Source: Pseudomonadota bacterium
GTDB taxonomy: Bacteria > Desulfobacterota > Desulfobacteria > Desulfobacterales > RPRI01
DNA length: 64,000 nt
Assembly (NCBI GenBank): GCA_043825875.1
Contig: JBDRRF010000076.1
Span: 96,001 to 160,000 of the forward strand
Reading direction: 5' to 3'
Position 1 is the first letter of the stretch; each line of letters starts with the position of its first letter. Below the pieces are notes generated by a model, which was not told the DNA's origin, ran no database searches, and was given only the letters and a program-made list of their open reading frames with translations. The translations under genes and the position numbers were made by a program. Below, piece after piece: positions 1 to 10,494 of the stretch.

Positions 1-1675
1 AACTCTTCAAACCTTCCATTTGGGGATAAGCCATGATGACCGTATAATCATATTGTTTTAAATAGTTTTCAAAATCCTGACAAAACCATTCTTTTGCATC
101 AGGATTAAGCAAGACAATGCTATAAATATTGCGGGCCGTCTCGGCAAGCGGTCTGTATTCTTTTACTGTTGCCATGAGTTGCCTGATAAAAGCATCTATT
201 GTTTCTGTTTTAAGCGTAGTCCATTGCTCACGGACCTGATCGTCTCCTATATTATCCGGGTCCAATTCTGTTCCGTAATGTTTCTTAAATGCTTTTAGAG
301 CGGATGGATGGAAATCTTCAAAATCAGTCAGGTAGGCATCATCCTGGAACAGGATGCCGTCAAAGCGCACATTGGCTGCCAAATCCCTGTAAATAGATTT
401 TACAAATTCAAGGTTTTTCTCCTCAAAGGGGGAAAGCCTGCGATACCATGAAGAGGTAGTTTTGATTTGATTATCTTTATACTCTTTTACTTTCAGGCTT
501 TCGTTTAAAACCTTATCCGGCAGCTCATAACTTAAAACAGGCATCCAGACAAATACTTTCATGCCTCTGATCCGTATTCTATTTACTGCATGGCTTAAAA
601 AATCCATCTCAACGGCCAGGGTATTGTTTGAAAAATATACTGAACTAATATTGCCTGTTGCTTGCCGGTCACAAAAAGCCTGAAGGACCACTGTATTCAC
701 ACCTGATGCCATCAGCCTTTCTATTACAAGCCCCAGATTATGATCACTTTCCTCAAACGATTCAGGATTTACGATCATATCAAGATCGATCTGTACACAA
801 CGGGTATCATCCTTATACTTGAAATCTTCTTTCATTTTAGAAGCAAATTCATTGTATTTCATCAATTTCGTAATAATGTTACGATTGACAGCGGTCAATT
901 TTTTAATGGAGGCCTTATCCGGTTTGAGAGTCAAAATTATTTTAAAGCCAAGTTTTTGTGCTTCATCTATCCCAAGACCATTGTGTTCGCCATAGGGCCA
1001 GGTAAGAATCCACGGGCTGGTTCCGGTAACTTCTTTGATTTTATGAATACTTTTTTTAAGGTCAGTTTTTATTCTATTTCGAAACTCTTTATCGCTTTCA
1101 TATCTTTTCTCTTCTTTAAAGAAGGCAAAAGTGCTCATGGCAGGCTCTGTGTTTCCTGCCGGGTTGTATACTATCGCCTTGTGAGAGTCATTCGAATGTG
1201 AGGCAATATATACCCGGCCTGAATCAGCCATTTCCTTAATCTGTTTCCATGACATCAGATCTTTGTTTCCTACATATTCCGGCTTTTCTTCTATCCATGA
1301 ACAGACCACCGAAAGTACTGCGGAATAACCGTATTTTTTCAATACAGGATATACAAACTGATAAAACGAAAGATATGCATCATCAAAAGTCAGCAAAACC
1401 GCTTTTTCAGGAAGGGGTTTTATCCCTTTTTTTGCAGCCATAATGTCATCAGGATTGATAACCGTATAACCGTTTTCCTTGAGATATTCCAAATGATTTA
1501 CAAAAACATGCCGTGCCACGTCCATAGACACCGATTCTTTTGCAGGGATATCGTGATAACAGAGAACGAGAAATTCTTCCGATGCAAAACAAGGCCATAC
1601 AAACAGAAATATAATGGTTATATAAGCTGTTATTCTAGAAATTTTTTCTAAGACCAAAGAAGGCGCTAAAAACAT
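1..1675 (-). CDS. pgaB: Poly-beta-1,6-GlcNAc N-deacetylase PgaB (partial, runs off the left edge)
   Basis: Absent from the ORF track. Manual translation from ATG at 1675 gives MFLAPSLVLEK...FLVLCYHDIP...KAVLLTFDDAY...IASHSNDSH, i.e. CE4 deacetylase motifs. Overlaps the end of pgaA. Start codon is approximate. Confidence 0.85.
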   Translation of the reverse strand, partial: MFLAPSLVLEKISRITAYITIIFLFVWPCFASEEFLVLCYHDIPAKESVSMDVARHVFVNHLEYLKENGYTVINPDDIMAAKKGIKPLPEKAVLLTFDDAYLSFYQFVYPVLKKYGYSAVLSVVCSWIEEKPEYVGNKDLMSWKQIKEMADSGRVYIASHSNDSHKAIVYNPAGNTEPAMSTFAFFKEEKRYESDKEFRNRIKTDLKKSIHKIKEVTGTSPWILTWPYGEHNGLGIDEAQKLGFKIILTLKPDKASIKKLTAVNRNIITKLMKYNEFASKMKEDFKYKDDTRCVQIDLDMIVNPESFEESDHNLGLVIERLMASGVNTVVLQAFCDRQATGNISSVYFSNNTLAVEMDFLSHAVNRIRIRGMKVFVWMPVLSYELPDKVLNESLKVKEYKDNQIKTTSSWYRRLSPFEEKNLEFVKSIYRDLAANVRFDGILFQDDAYLTDFEDFHPSALKAFKKHYGTELDPDNIGDDQVREQWTTLKTETIDAFIRQLMATVKEYRPLAETARNIYSIVLLNPDAKEWFCQDFENYLKQYDYTVIMAYPQMEGLKS

Positions 1676-4484
1676 GTGTCGAATCTCCATCATATATTTT
1701 TCTGTCCCATCCTGCATTCCAGAGGAATGCGAAGGTCTTCGAAATATCAACCGTTTGTTCATAGGTAATGCCGTAAATTGCATAAGACTTAAAACCGCTC
1801 TGAGCAAAAAGTCCTTCACGCGTATAGATAGACGATCTGACCTTTTTATCGTAGCGGGCATAATGCATATAATGAAAAGTTTGCGTCAGCATAAAAGTAT
1901 AACTTTCTTGTGGACTGAAATAATCCACGTCCTGCTTGCTGTTTGCGGAATAGTTTAATTCTCCCCCCATCCTGATTTTGAAATCCGGCAAATTAAATAC
2001 ATTTTGATCATAATAAAGAGTTACGCCCGAGCCTCTGTTCCCATCGCTTATTCGATTTTGGCTTAAAGAAAAGCCATAATATCTTAAATCGCTTTCGTTA
2101 TAACGTAAATCAAAGGATATATTTTTCCCTTCAACGCCGATAGCACGGGCTCTTATGGGAATTTCAAGAAGAAATGAGTTGAATCCGCCCGTAATGTCAA
2201 GATGGTCTGTAGGCAACCAGTTTACTGTGGTATAATAACCGAAATCTTTGGCACCTTCATAATCAAACGTAACGGCCTGCCTCCAGATTATCTCCGGAAA
2301 TACTATCCATTCACAACCAAGTCCTGCCCGGTTCCAATCATATTTCAAACCATCATCAGAGGTCTTCTGCCAGACGATTTCCTGAAAAATCTTGAAAGTG
2401 GTTGTAACCGGTTCAGTCATACTTGATCGAAGAAAAAATTCCTCGGCTCCGGGTGATTCCTGAATAAATTTTCCTTCAATCCAGAACTCATTCATATCTT
2501 CAACATGAAAGGTTTCAACAAGATCTATTACATGTTTATCCTTCGGAAATTTCTGATAGAGTTTTTTAGCAAGTTTTCTGGCATCTTCCTTATAATTTAA
2601 CTGATTCAGGGTTCTCGCAATACCGATCTGGATGCTACTGTTAAAGGTTGAATTATCAATATTTTGGGCAATATTAAATTCTTCCAGCGCCCGTCTTGGC
2701 CAACCCCTCCATAAGTATGTGTATGCAAGTGCATTTCGGTTCCCCGAATTCATGCCCGCCTTGTCCATAAATGATGTAAAATGCTCCTGGGCTTTTTTTA
2801 GTTTATCCTGAAAAGCCCAATGCCATCCACGTGCCTGGAATGCCTCAAGCCTTAACCATGGATCAAGCTGTTTTTCCTTATCAAGGTATAACTGTATCTC
2901 TTCCCATGTCTGTTCCGCTTCCTTCCATTTACGCAATTCCTGATAAGTATAAAAAAGGCCCATCAGCGTTGAAAATGGAGATGCTGATCCTTTTTTGATT
3001 GTAAGCTGATAGAAGTACAGTGCTTTTTCAGGTTCCTCCAAATAAAGATATGCATCTGCAACGGCCTGAGTAACATAGGAAGGTATTGATGAAATATCAT
3101 GATTGATAAGGTGAAACTGATCTATGATTTCCTGCATCCGTTCTTTGCTTCGCAGCGCAGTAATGTAGTCATATCGCGCACGAATGTCAGCAGGGTTTTC
3201 ATCCAGTATTTTTTTTAGGATTTTTTCCGCTTTCTCCGGTTGGTCCCACCTTAATCTGTTTCTGGCACGGTCTTCTTCAAGGGAGTGTATAAATGATTGT
3301 TCCGAATTCTTGTTTAATATTGCCTCATCATAGGCAATACTCGATGATCCCAAATCCGATAGTGCTCTTAACTTAAGTTTCTGTGCAACAGCATTTTTCG
3401 GCTTTAAGAGCAAAATCGCTTCATATACATCTATTGCTGCCAGAAAATCTCGTTGCTTTTCATAGACAAAGGCTTTTGCAAAAAGAGCATCCACGGTAAA
3501 ACAGTCCTTAATCAAGACTTTTTCCAACGCTTGATGGGCAGCTAAAAACTCATTTTTCATGGTAAGAGGATAGGCAGACCCAATTGGGGCAAGGCAGGAA
3601 TCCGGCCATTTGCTAACAATAAAGCGATAAATCCGTAGCGAATTATCGTAATTTCCCGCTTTAAAATAACTCCATGCCAGTTCAAGAAGAATACCAGGAG
3701 AAAGCGTTTCCATGTCGAATTGAATAAGCTTAGGTAGGTGATTTATCTGCCCGTTATCCACATCAAGGATAAGATTGAAAGGAAAATTATCCCTGTATTG
3801 ATTCTGTAAGATATGGATGTCATCTGAAGATAGAAAGGAAAAAACCGCTTTGCGCTTATCATATACTTCTTTTATCAATAACTCATTTGTTTCAGCCTGT
3901 AAATACTTCAGATATCCTGTATATGCTTTTCTATAGTTTTGTTCTTTTTGAAACAGATCAGCCCGAAGAAAACTTATTATATTTGGAGAGACGGTATTTT
4001 TGCTTTGCGCTTCATTTATCAAACTATGGGCTTTTGCATAATTTCCTGTTTGAAAAAGGCAATAAAGAACGCCTTTAAATGCTTCGCTGTCGCCAGGGTT
4101 TTCTGAAAGGACCCATTCATAAAGCTGCTGTGCCTCCTGGTATCGGCCCAGGTCGAAAAATGCACGGGCTACGGCTTTGTTCACATAAGGCAGCTTTTGA
4201 AGATCTTTTTTATGTTTTAGGAAAAAATCGACTGCTTCCCGTTTGTTTCCGGTCCAAACCAGACAAACCGCATAGTCCGCTTTAATGAAAATGTGGTTGG
4301 GATCTTTCTTAATAGCATTTATCAGGAATGGAAGAGCTTCGGCGTAATTTTCCTGCTTTATAAAGCTTACTGCCCGATCATAATCAATTTGGATTTCAGA
4401 AATATTTCCTGAATAGGCAATGTTATGAACAAACGAAGCAATCGTTAGACAAAGCAAAAACAGGATATGCCTTCTTTTATACAC
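1635..4484 (-). CDS. pgaA: PgaA-family PNAG export porin with TPR repeats
   Basis: Signal peptide, many TPR-like helices, RGWPRRA motif, C-terminal beta-barrel with YFSP and a terminal Phe; adjacent to pgaB. Confidence 0.85.
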   Translation of the reverse strand: MYKRRHILFLLCLTIASFVHNIAYSGNISEIQIDYDRAVSFIKQENYAEALPFLINAIKKDPNHIFIKADYAVCLVWTGNKREAVDFFLKHKKDLQKLPYVNKAVARAFFDLGRYQEAQQLYEWVLSENPGDSEAFKGVLYCLFQTGNYAKAHSLINEAQSKNTVSPNIISFLRADLFQKEQNYRKAYTGYLKYLQAETNELLIKEVYDKRKAVFSFLSSDDIHILQNQYRDNFPFNLILDVDNGQINHLPKLIQFDMETLSPGILLELAWSYFKAGNYDNSLRIYRFIVSKWPDSCLAPIGSAYPLTMKNEFLAAHQALEKVLIKDCFTVDALFAKAFVYEKQRDFLAAIDVYEAILLLKPKNAVAQKLKLRALSDLGSSSIAYDEAILNKNSEQSFIHSLEEDRARNRLRWDQPEKAEKILKKILDENPADIRARYDYITALRSKERMQEIIDQFHLINHDISSIPSYVTQAVADAYLYLEEPEKALYFYQLTIKKGSASPFSTLMGLFYTYQELRKWKEAEQTWEEIQLYLDKEKQLDPWLRLEAFQARGWHWAFQDKLKKAQEHFTSFMDKAGMNSGNRNALAYTYLWRGWPRRALEEFNIAQNIDNSTFNSSIQIGIARTLNQLNYKEDARKLAKKLYQKFPKDKHVIDLVETFHVEDMNEFWIEGKFIQESPGAEEFFLRSSMTEPVTTTFKIFQEIVWQKTSDDGLKYDWNRAGLGCEWIVFPEIIWRQAVTFDYEGAKDFGYYTTVNWLPTDHLDITGGFNSFLLEIPIRARAIGVEGKNISFDLRYNESDLRYYGFSLSQNRISDGNRGSGVTLYYDQNVFNLPDFKIRMGGELNYSANSKQDVDYFSPQESYTFMLTQTFHYMHYARYDKKVRSSIYTREGLFAQSGFKSYAIYGITYEQTVDISKTFAFLWNAGWDRKIYDGDSTHVFSAFFGLRKNF

Positions 4485-4561
4485 TTAAAGTCTTTCCTTA
4501 TCATATATGAGCTTTGTATTTTTCAAACCTAACTAAAGAACGCTTTATGTATTTACCAAAG

Positions 4562-4590
4562 ATCATACCAGAAAAGGGAAAAAAGTGCAA
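4562..4590 (-). promoter_or_regulatory. Putative sigma70 promoter of pgaAB
   Basis: Minus strand reads TTGCAC-N17-TATGAT with an extended -10 TG, about 80 bp upstream of pgaA. Confidence 0.45.
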
Positions 4591-4672
4591 TGCGAAAGAT
4601 AATTCCATATGTGGTATGGAAGAGCCTAGTGCAAAAAAGGTGGCTAAGTAACAAAAGATAAAAAACAACCTA

Positions 4673-5107
4673 TTAATTACTTTTTTTTAGTAGATTTTTA
4701 ATCCATTCCAATTCTGCAACCGCCCATTGACAATTAAGACTAACAGCGTAATTGAGCAATTCAACTTTTTCATTATTTATTCGTACTCCGCGCATTGGTT
4801 TTTCTACTTCTTCTTCGTATGGGATCACTTTAGTAACCGGCAAACCTTCAGATTCTAAGAATCCCTCCATAAATGGTATCTCTTTAACATTATCGTCGTC
4901 AACTAAAACTGATACATTAGGAACTTCTATTATTAAAGGCATATTTGCGTACTGCTTTTTTAAATAAGCACAATAGCTCAAGGCAATTTTAGCTTCATTT
5001 AATTTAGGATAAACATTGATTTCTGATGATCTAGCTAAATCTTTCTGACTTTGTTTTAGATTTGATGATTCCGTCAAGTCATCCTGTCTTCGTTTCCAAA
5101 TTGACAT
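4673..5107 (-). CDS. Hypothetical protein (about 144 aa)
   Basis: Open frame with a GGAGGTG RBS before ATG at 5107; no recognisable motif. Confidence 0.55.
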   Translation of the reverse strand: MSIWKRRQDDLTESSNLKQSQKDLARSSEINVYPKLNEAKIALSYCAYLKKQYANMPLIIEVPNVSVLVDDDNVKEIPFMEGFLESEGLPVTKVIPYEEEVEKPMRGVRINNEKVELLNYAVSLNCQWAVAELEWIKNLLKKSN

Positions 5108-5376
5108 TTTTTTCACCTCCAAAAAATACTTGAGTTTGTAGCTGAATAAATAATATCTATCATAACCGTAAACTGATAGAGCGTTAACAACTTTTATTTA
5201 AATATTTAGGTGGAAGTCATATTGAATAGTTTCTTTTCAATACCGGAAATTTTTAAAACTATCAATATCATAGTTAAAAATATATTGGCAACGTATAATT
5301 GATATCCTTAGGAAGTTCATTGTTCAATGATGGTCTGCCTATGCAAACTACTGTTCTAAAAATTAGTATGCCGACA

Positions 5377-5519
5377 GAGCCAGTTTCAAAACGCCCCATC
5401 TCGGCCGATCTCAGCTTTGGGTAAAAATTTCTATCCTCGAAATACTCCATGTATTCCTGCGGTAAAAATTTTTTACCCGCCTTGACCTTAAACAAACTGA
5501 AACGTTTTGAACGTGGCTC
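5377..5519 (-). mobile_element. MITE-like palindromic repeat, copy 1 (inverted relative to the other copies)
   Basis: Termini GAGCCAGTTTCAAAACG and CGTTTTGAACGTGGCTC; reverse complement aligns with the copies at 20142 and 47990; flanks GACA/AACA. Confidence 0.8.
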
Positions 5520-5618
5520 AACATTTTGGGAATTAATCGGATGGATGCGATGCATATACCACAGATCAAGATTCTGAGGTATATCAGCAAAGGGTTGGCT
5601 GCGACAGAGAAAACAATT

Positions 5619-5753
5619 TTAAATATCTTTAATGTCTCCAATCAGTTTATCAAACTGCTCAACGTCCACAACCGGTGATGTAGTGAAGCTGATTCCGGTT
5701 AATTTATGTAACGCCACTGAAGAATACTTTCCATACATTATAAATATTGGCAT
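5619..5753 (-). pseudogene. GYD-domain-like protein with an internal deletion (44 aa remnant)
   Basis: GGAG RBS, then MPIFIMYGKYSS joined directly to VALHKLTGISFTTSPVVDVEQFDKL. These resemble the N- and C-termini of ~95 aa GYD-domain proteins, with the GYD-containing middle missing. Confidence 0.55.
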
Positions 5754-5773
5754 ACTGATCCTCCTTTTTTTAC

Positions 5774-6661
5774 CTAAAGCAGCCCGGCCTCTTTCATTAT
5801 ATCTACAACCTTTTCTTCTTTGCCGATTGCCATTATATGAACACCATCACAAATTTTTTCTTCCTTTATCTTTCTTATCATACGCCCTGCGATTTCAATT
5901 CCTTTATTTAATGCGCCGCCTTTTGGAGCAGCAGCCATTTCATCTATAAGATCCTGCGGAACTAAAACGCCCGCAACGTTTTTATTCATAAAACGCGCCA
6001 TCGGAGCAGAAGTTAAAAGTATTATACCTGCAAGTATTTTAACCGGAAACTGGCGGGCGTACTCCATAAACTCATTGAAATTATCAAGATCATATACTGC
6101 CTGTGTCTGTATAAATTCAGCACCTGCTTCGATCTTTTTTTCAAATTTTATCAACTGCGGCTCAAGAGGTTTGGCTTCAGGTGTAACAATTGCACCTGCA
6201 CAGAAGCTCACTCCACCATCGAGTTCATTTCCTGCCATATCTTTTCCTTTTTCAAGTTTTCTTATTGCAGCCACAAGCTGGCTTGAATCAAGATCAAAAA
6301 CGCCTTTTGCTTCCTTGTGATCTCCCAGCATAACCGAATCGCCTGTAAGGCATAAAACATTGTTTATACCACGGCTGGAAGCAAACAAAAGATCAGCCTG
6401 AAGTGCCAGGCGATTGCGATCCCGGCAGGTCATCTGAAGAATTGGCTCGCCACCAAGTTCTTTTACTAAAAGAGCACCGCCTAAAGAAGGATATCGCATT
6501 ACAGAACTCTGATGATCGGTTACATTCATGGCATCCACCTTATCTTTTAGCAATTCAATATGGTGGGTCATTTTAACAAGGTTCGTACCTTTGGCCGGAG
6601 CGACTTCGCAGGTAACTACAAATTTGCCGGAATCAAGGGCTTTTTTAAATGCTGATGGCAT
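5774..6661 (-). CDS. metF: 5,10-methylenetetrahydrofolate reductase, catalytic subunit
   Basis: VTCEVAP, NVTD, MTCRDRNRLALQ, CLTGD and KKIEAGAEFIQTQ motifs. Confidence 0.93.
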   Translation of the reverse strand: MPSAFKKALDSGKFVVTCEVAPAKGTNLVKMTHHIELLKDKVDAMNVTDHQSSVMRYPSLGGALLVKELGGEPILQMTCRDRNRLALQADLLFASSRGINNVLCLTGDSVMLGDHKEAKGVFDLDSSQLVAAIRKLEKGKDMAGNELDGGVSFCAGAIVTPEAKPLEPQLIKFEKKIEAGAEFIQTQAVYDLDNFNEFMEYARQFPVKILAGIILLTSAPMARFMNKNVAGVLVPQDLIDEMAAAPKGGALNKGIEIAGRMIRKIKEEKICDGVHIMAIGKEEKVVDIMKEAGLL

Positions 6662-6697
6662 AAATTATTTCCTTTCATTATCTGAAAGTATATAACA

Positions 6698-7348
6698 TCA
6701 AACCGGAATTTGAAATTTTCCAGGACTGGGTTCACCAAGATGATTTCGTGGTTTTTTGTAAACCCGCATAACATCAAGGCGTTCTAGTTCCTTTAATCGA
6801 TTGTAAATTAAAGTCCATGCACAGTCTTTGTTGGAATCGATTTCACATTTTCCGTTATTTGTACCGCCACAAGGACCATTAACCAGTCCTTTATGACAGG
6901 CAGTTACAGGACATATTCCGCCGGTTTCTCCTATTACACATATGCCGCACTGTGTGCATACTTCATTATATTCACCGGCACCTGTTTCCTTTCCGACAAA
7001 AAGAGTATTCAATGCCGGAATGGCAATTTTATTGATCTGTCGGGCAATGGTTTGAACACCGAACGCACATGTCATAATAAGCAGCCCGTCAGCCTGTTTC
7101 AACTGAGCCTCGAATTCTCTTAAAATATCTGCCGTCAGATTGTCGCATGCCACAGGAACAACTGTGTTGCCTGTAACGACTTTACCTTTCTCCGACAAAG
7201 AATTTTTCATGGCTTCTACCTGCAATATCCCACCGGTTTGTGTAAGAGTAACGCAGGTTCCGCAGCCGATTATAAATACTCTGTTTATTCCGTAAAGAAG
7301 GCTTTCAATTTCTTCCATCGATTTTTGTTGAGTAATAGATCGGATCAT
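6698..7348 (-). CDS. metV: MTHFR small Fe-S/Zn subunit MetV
   Basis: GCGTC, CAFGVQ and CTQCGIC...ICPVTACHKGLVNGPCGG...KCE...CAW motifs; directly upstream of metF. Confidence 0.9.
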   Translation of the reverse strand: MIRSITQQKSMEEIESLLYGINRVFIIGCGTCVTLTQTGGILQVEAMKNSLSEKGKVVTGNTVVPVACDNLTADILREFEAQLKQADGLLIMTCAFGVQTIARQINKIAIPALNTLFVGKETGAGEYNEVCTQCGICVIGETGGICPVTACHKGLVNGPCGGTNNGKCEIDSNKDCAWTLIYNRLKELERLDVMRVYKKPRNHLGEPSPGKFQIPV

Positions 7349-10300
7349 ACTTCACTCTTCTCCTTTTCTAAATCGCATCTTAGACACCTTATAGCTTCAA
7401 AGCGGGCCTCTTGTTCGGAAAACCCCTTTTCAACCTCCCGAAAATCTTTGACACGATCTTCAGGTTCTTCAAACTCGATTTTAACCCTTGGCTTTGCTTC
7501 AGCAGATTCTTCCTCAAGAGCCAGGCCGGTTTCCTGGGCCAGGTCAGTTTTTTCATCCGGTATACTAATGCGTGAGCTGTCACCTGACAAATATTTATCA
7601 ATCGCCAGCGCAGCACGCCTGCCTGAAGCAATTGCCCGGATCACGTAAGTCGGTCCGGTCGTGAAATCACCGCCAGCAAAAACTCCGGGAACATTGGTTG
7701 ACAGCGTGTTTTCATCCACAACCAAACTTCCCCACAATGCTCTTTCCAACTGGCTGTCTTCGGGTAAAAAGGACATATCGGGAGCCTGTCCGATTGAAAT
7801 AATGATGTTATCGGTATCCACATACTGAGTGTCATTGATATCGCATTCCGGGCTGAACCGCCCTTCCTGATTAAACACGGAAATACACCGGGTGAAACTG
7901 ATGCCATTGACTTTACCATTCTCGTGAAAAATCCGGGTGGGCGACCAGGAAGGGTTGAGAATAATCCCCTCATCTATGGCCTCTTCAATATCTTTTTCCC
8001 ATGCCGGCATTTCATCCCGGCTTTCCAGACAGAATATTTGCACAACCTCAGAACCTAAACGAAGCGCCGTCCTCGCAACGTCAATAGCCACATTCCCTCC
8101 GCCGATAATCACTGCTTTTCCTTTCAGTGAAATATCTTTTCCGGTTCGCACGTCGCTTAAAAATGTTAACCCGTATTGCAAACCTTCAAGACCGTCTTCT
8201 TCACCCTGAACGCCGATTCGTTTACTGGCCTGTGCGCCCGAAGCTATAAATACGGCTTCAAAACCTTCTTTCATTAAGTCATTGACAGTATGATTGGCGT
8301 CAATGGGATAATTACAAAATATTTTAACACCCGCATTCTCTATATATTTGATTTCTGCTTCAATTACTTTCCGGGGCAAACGGAATTCGGGAACAGCGAT
8401 GCCCAACATCCCGCCGGGAAGTGGCTGAGCTTCATAAACAGTAGTTTCATAACCCATTTGAGCCAGAAAATAGGCGCAAGTAAGTCCAGCAGGTCCTGCG
8501 CCGATAACCGCCACTTTCTCTTCGTGGGTAACTGGAAACTGGGAACGCTCCGAACCGATATTATCAAAATACCAGTCTGCCGCAAATCGCTTGAGCGTTC
8601 GAATGGCTACCGGTTCATCAAGCTCTCCGCGCCTGCACTTGAATTCGCAGGGATGAATGCAGATTCTGCCGCATACCGCCGGAAACGGATTCTTTTCCCG
8701 GATGATATCGACCGCCTGTTGATATTTCCCACCAGCTATGGCCGCCACGTAGTTGGGCACATCAATTCCGGCCGGACAGGCATGCTGACATGCAGATATA
8801 ACCATGGAATCACAAACAGCTCCGGCGCACCGATGCTCATGAATATGATCTAAATACTCCTTTTCGAAATATTTGAGCGTCGAAAGCGCCGGTTTGGAGC
8901 AAGCCTGGCCCAGACCGCACAGGGATGCTTCTGCCATGGTTTCGCCAATAGATTTGATGGTATCAATATCTTCAATCCGACCGCGCCCCTGGGTAATCCG
9001 GGTCAGAATTTCCAGCATCTGCGTTGTGCCCAAACGACATGGGGCGCATTTGCCGCATGATTCCGATTGTGTAAAATCCAGGAAAAATCTGGCAATTTCG
9101 ACCATGCAGTTATTTTCATCCAGAACCACCATTCCGCCGGACCCCATAATGGCCCCAATCCGCTGAATCGTATCATAATCAACGGGAAGATTTAAAAACT
9201 GCGCGGAAACGCAACCACCTGCCGGTCCACCCATTTGAACGGCTTTAAATTTTCGACCCTTGGGAATGCCTCCGCCGATATCAAATACAATATCTTTAAT
9301 AGTTGCACCGATGGGAACTTCCACCAAACCGGTATTATGCACTTTTCCGGCAAGAGAAAATATTTTGGTGCCTTTGCTTTTTTCCGTACCGATTTGAGCA
9401 TACCAGGCAGCCCCGTTCTTTATAATCAAAGGGATATTTGCCCATGTTTCTACATTGTTTATATTTGTTGGTTTGGCATCCAAACCGGCCTGCGCCGGGA
9501 AGGGGGGGCGCGGCCTTGGCATTCCGCGTTTTCCTTCAATGGATGCCATGAGTGCGGTCTCCTCGCCGCAGACAAAGGCACCGGCGCCCATCTTTAATGC
9601 AAGCTGGAAATTAAAACCCGTTCCTAAGATGTTTTCTCCCAGAAGCCCCAGTTCCTTCATTTGTTCTAAAGCAATAGTCAGATGTTCAACTGCGATAGGG
9701 TATTCTTCACGTACATAAATATATCCGTACTCCGCTCCCATCGCATAAGCGCCGACAAGCATCCCCTCCATGACGGCATGGGGATCACCTTCAAGGATAG
9801 CCCGGTCCATAAATGCACCTGGATCTCCTTCATCCGCATTGCAAATCACGTACTTCGGAATACTTTTCTCCTGCCTGGCAAAGCCCCACTTGATTCCTGT
9901 GTAGAAACCGGCACCACCCCTGCCTCTTAGCTTAGATATCTTAACTTCTTCGATTACTGATTCAGGCGTCATATTGGAAAGAGCTTTAACAATCGCCTTA
10001 TATCCTCCGGCCGCAATATAATGCTCGATTTTTGTCGGATCGATCCGCCCACAATTGGCTAATACGCGCCGTTCCTGTTTCATGTAAAAGGGAATCTGCT
10101 TCTTGTAATAAATCGGCTTTAATGTCTTGGGATCACGGTAAGCCAACCGCTCAATCAACAGGTTGTTTTTTAAGGTCTGACCCACAATTTCCGCGGCATC
10201 TTGCGGGTCAACTTCCTGATATTGAATCCCTAAAGGTTCGATAGCAATCACAGGCGCCTTTGCGCAAAATCCATGACAACCGGTCGACCGGACTTCCACA

Positions 10301-10476
10301 TCGTGTGAAAGTCCCTGTTTTGCGACCTCTTCCTGTATAGCACTCAATACCTGCTCCGCACCGTATGCCCGACAGCCGGTCATACAAACATGGATCTCGG
10401 TTTTCTCCTTGGCGGTATCCTCCAGAATTTTATTGCGGAGCCATTCCAACTGGCCGATGGATGAGAGCTTCTTCAT
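7345..10476 (-). CDS. NuoF/HydB-like NADH-binding flavoprotein fused to a GltD/NfnB-like FAD oxidoreductase
   Basis: Thioredoxin-like Fe-S N-terminus (TGCHGFC), GRGGAGF, NADEGDPGAFMDR, ESCGKCAPCR; then CQHACP...CGRICIHPCEFKC, GAGPAG, GGGNVA, AGGD and a terminal RCLRC. Confidence 0.9.
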   Translation of the reverse strand: MKKLSSIGQLEWLRNKILEDTAKEKTEIHVCMTGCRAYGAEQVLSAIQEEVAKQGLSHDVEVRSTGCHGFCAKAPVIAIEPLGIQYQEVDPQDAAEIVGQTLKNNLLIERLAYRDPKTLKPIYYKKQIPFYMKQERRVLANCGRIDPTKIEHYIAAGGYKAIVKALSNMTPESVIEEVKISKLRGRGGAGFYTGIKWGFARQEKSIPKYVICNADEGDPGAFMDRAILEGDPHAVMEGMLVGAYAMGAEYGYIYVREEYPIAVEHLTIALEQMKELGLLGENILGTGFNFQLALKMGAGAFVCGEETALMASIEGKRGMPRPRPPFPAQAGLDAKPTNINNVETWANIPLIIKNGAAWYAQIGTEKSKGTKIFSLAGKVHNTGLVEVPIGATIKDIVFDIGGGIPKGRKFKAVQMGGPAGGCVSAQFLNLPVDYDTIQRIGAIMGSGGMVVLDENNCMVEIARFFLDFTQSESCGKCAPCRLGTTQMLEILTRITQGRGRIEDIDTIKSIGETMAEASLCGLGQACSKPALSTLKYFEKEYLDHIHEHRCAGAVCDSMVISACQHACPAGIDVPNYVAAIAGGKYQQAVDIIREKNPFPAVCGRICIHPCEFKCRRGELDEPVAIRTLKRFAADWYFDNIGSERSQFPVTHEEKVAVIGAGPAGLTCAYFLAQMGYETTVYEAQPLPGGMLGIAVPEFRLPRKVIEAEIKYIENAGVKIFCNYPIDANHTVNDLMKEGFEAVFIASGAQASKRIGVQGEEDGLEGLQYGLTFLSDVRTGKDISLKGKAVIIGGGNVAIDVARTALRLGSEVVQIFCLESRDEMPAWEKDIEEAIDEGIILNPSWSPTRIFHENGKVNGISFTRCISVFNQEGRFSPECDINDTQYVDTDNIIISIGQAPDMSFLPEDSQLERALWGSLVVDENTLSTNVPGVFAGGDFTTGPTYVIRAIASGRRAALAIDKYLSGDSSRISIPDEKTDLAQETGLALEEESAEAKPRVKIEFEEPEDRVKDFREVEKGFSEQEARFEAIRCLRCDLEKEKSEV

Positions 10477-10494
10477 GCTTATACGTCATCCTCC

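Noticed and set aside
740..1443. Plus-strand ORFs 740-1201 and 1249-1443
   Set aside because: Antisense shadows of pgaB. Most other short overlapping ORFs in the track were rejected likewise as shadows of motif-bearing genes.
5274..5641. ORFs 5274-5555 and 5411-5641 (also 23880-24098 and 48024-48209)
   Set aside because: They are largely translations of the MITE; similar peptides recur at each copy.
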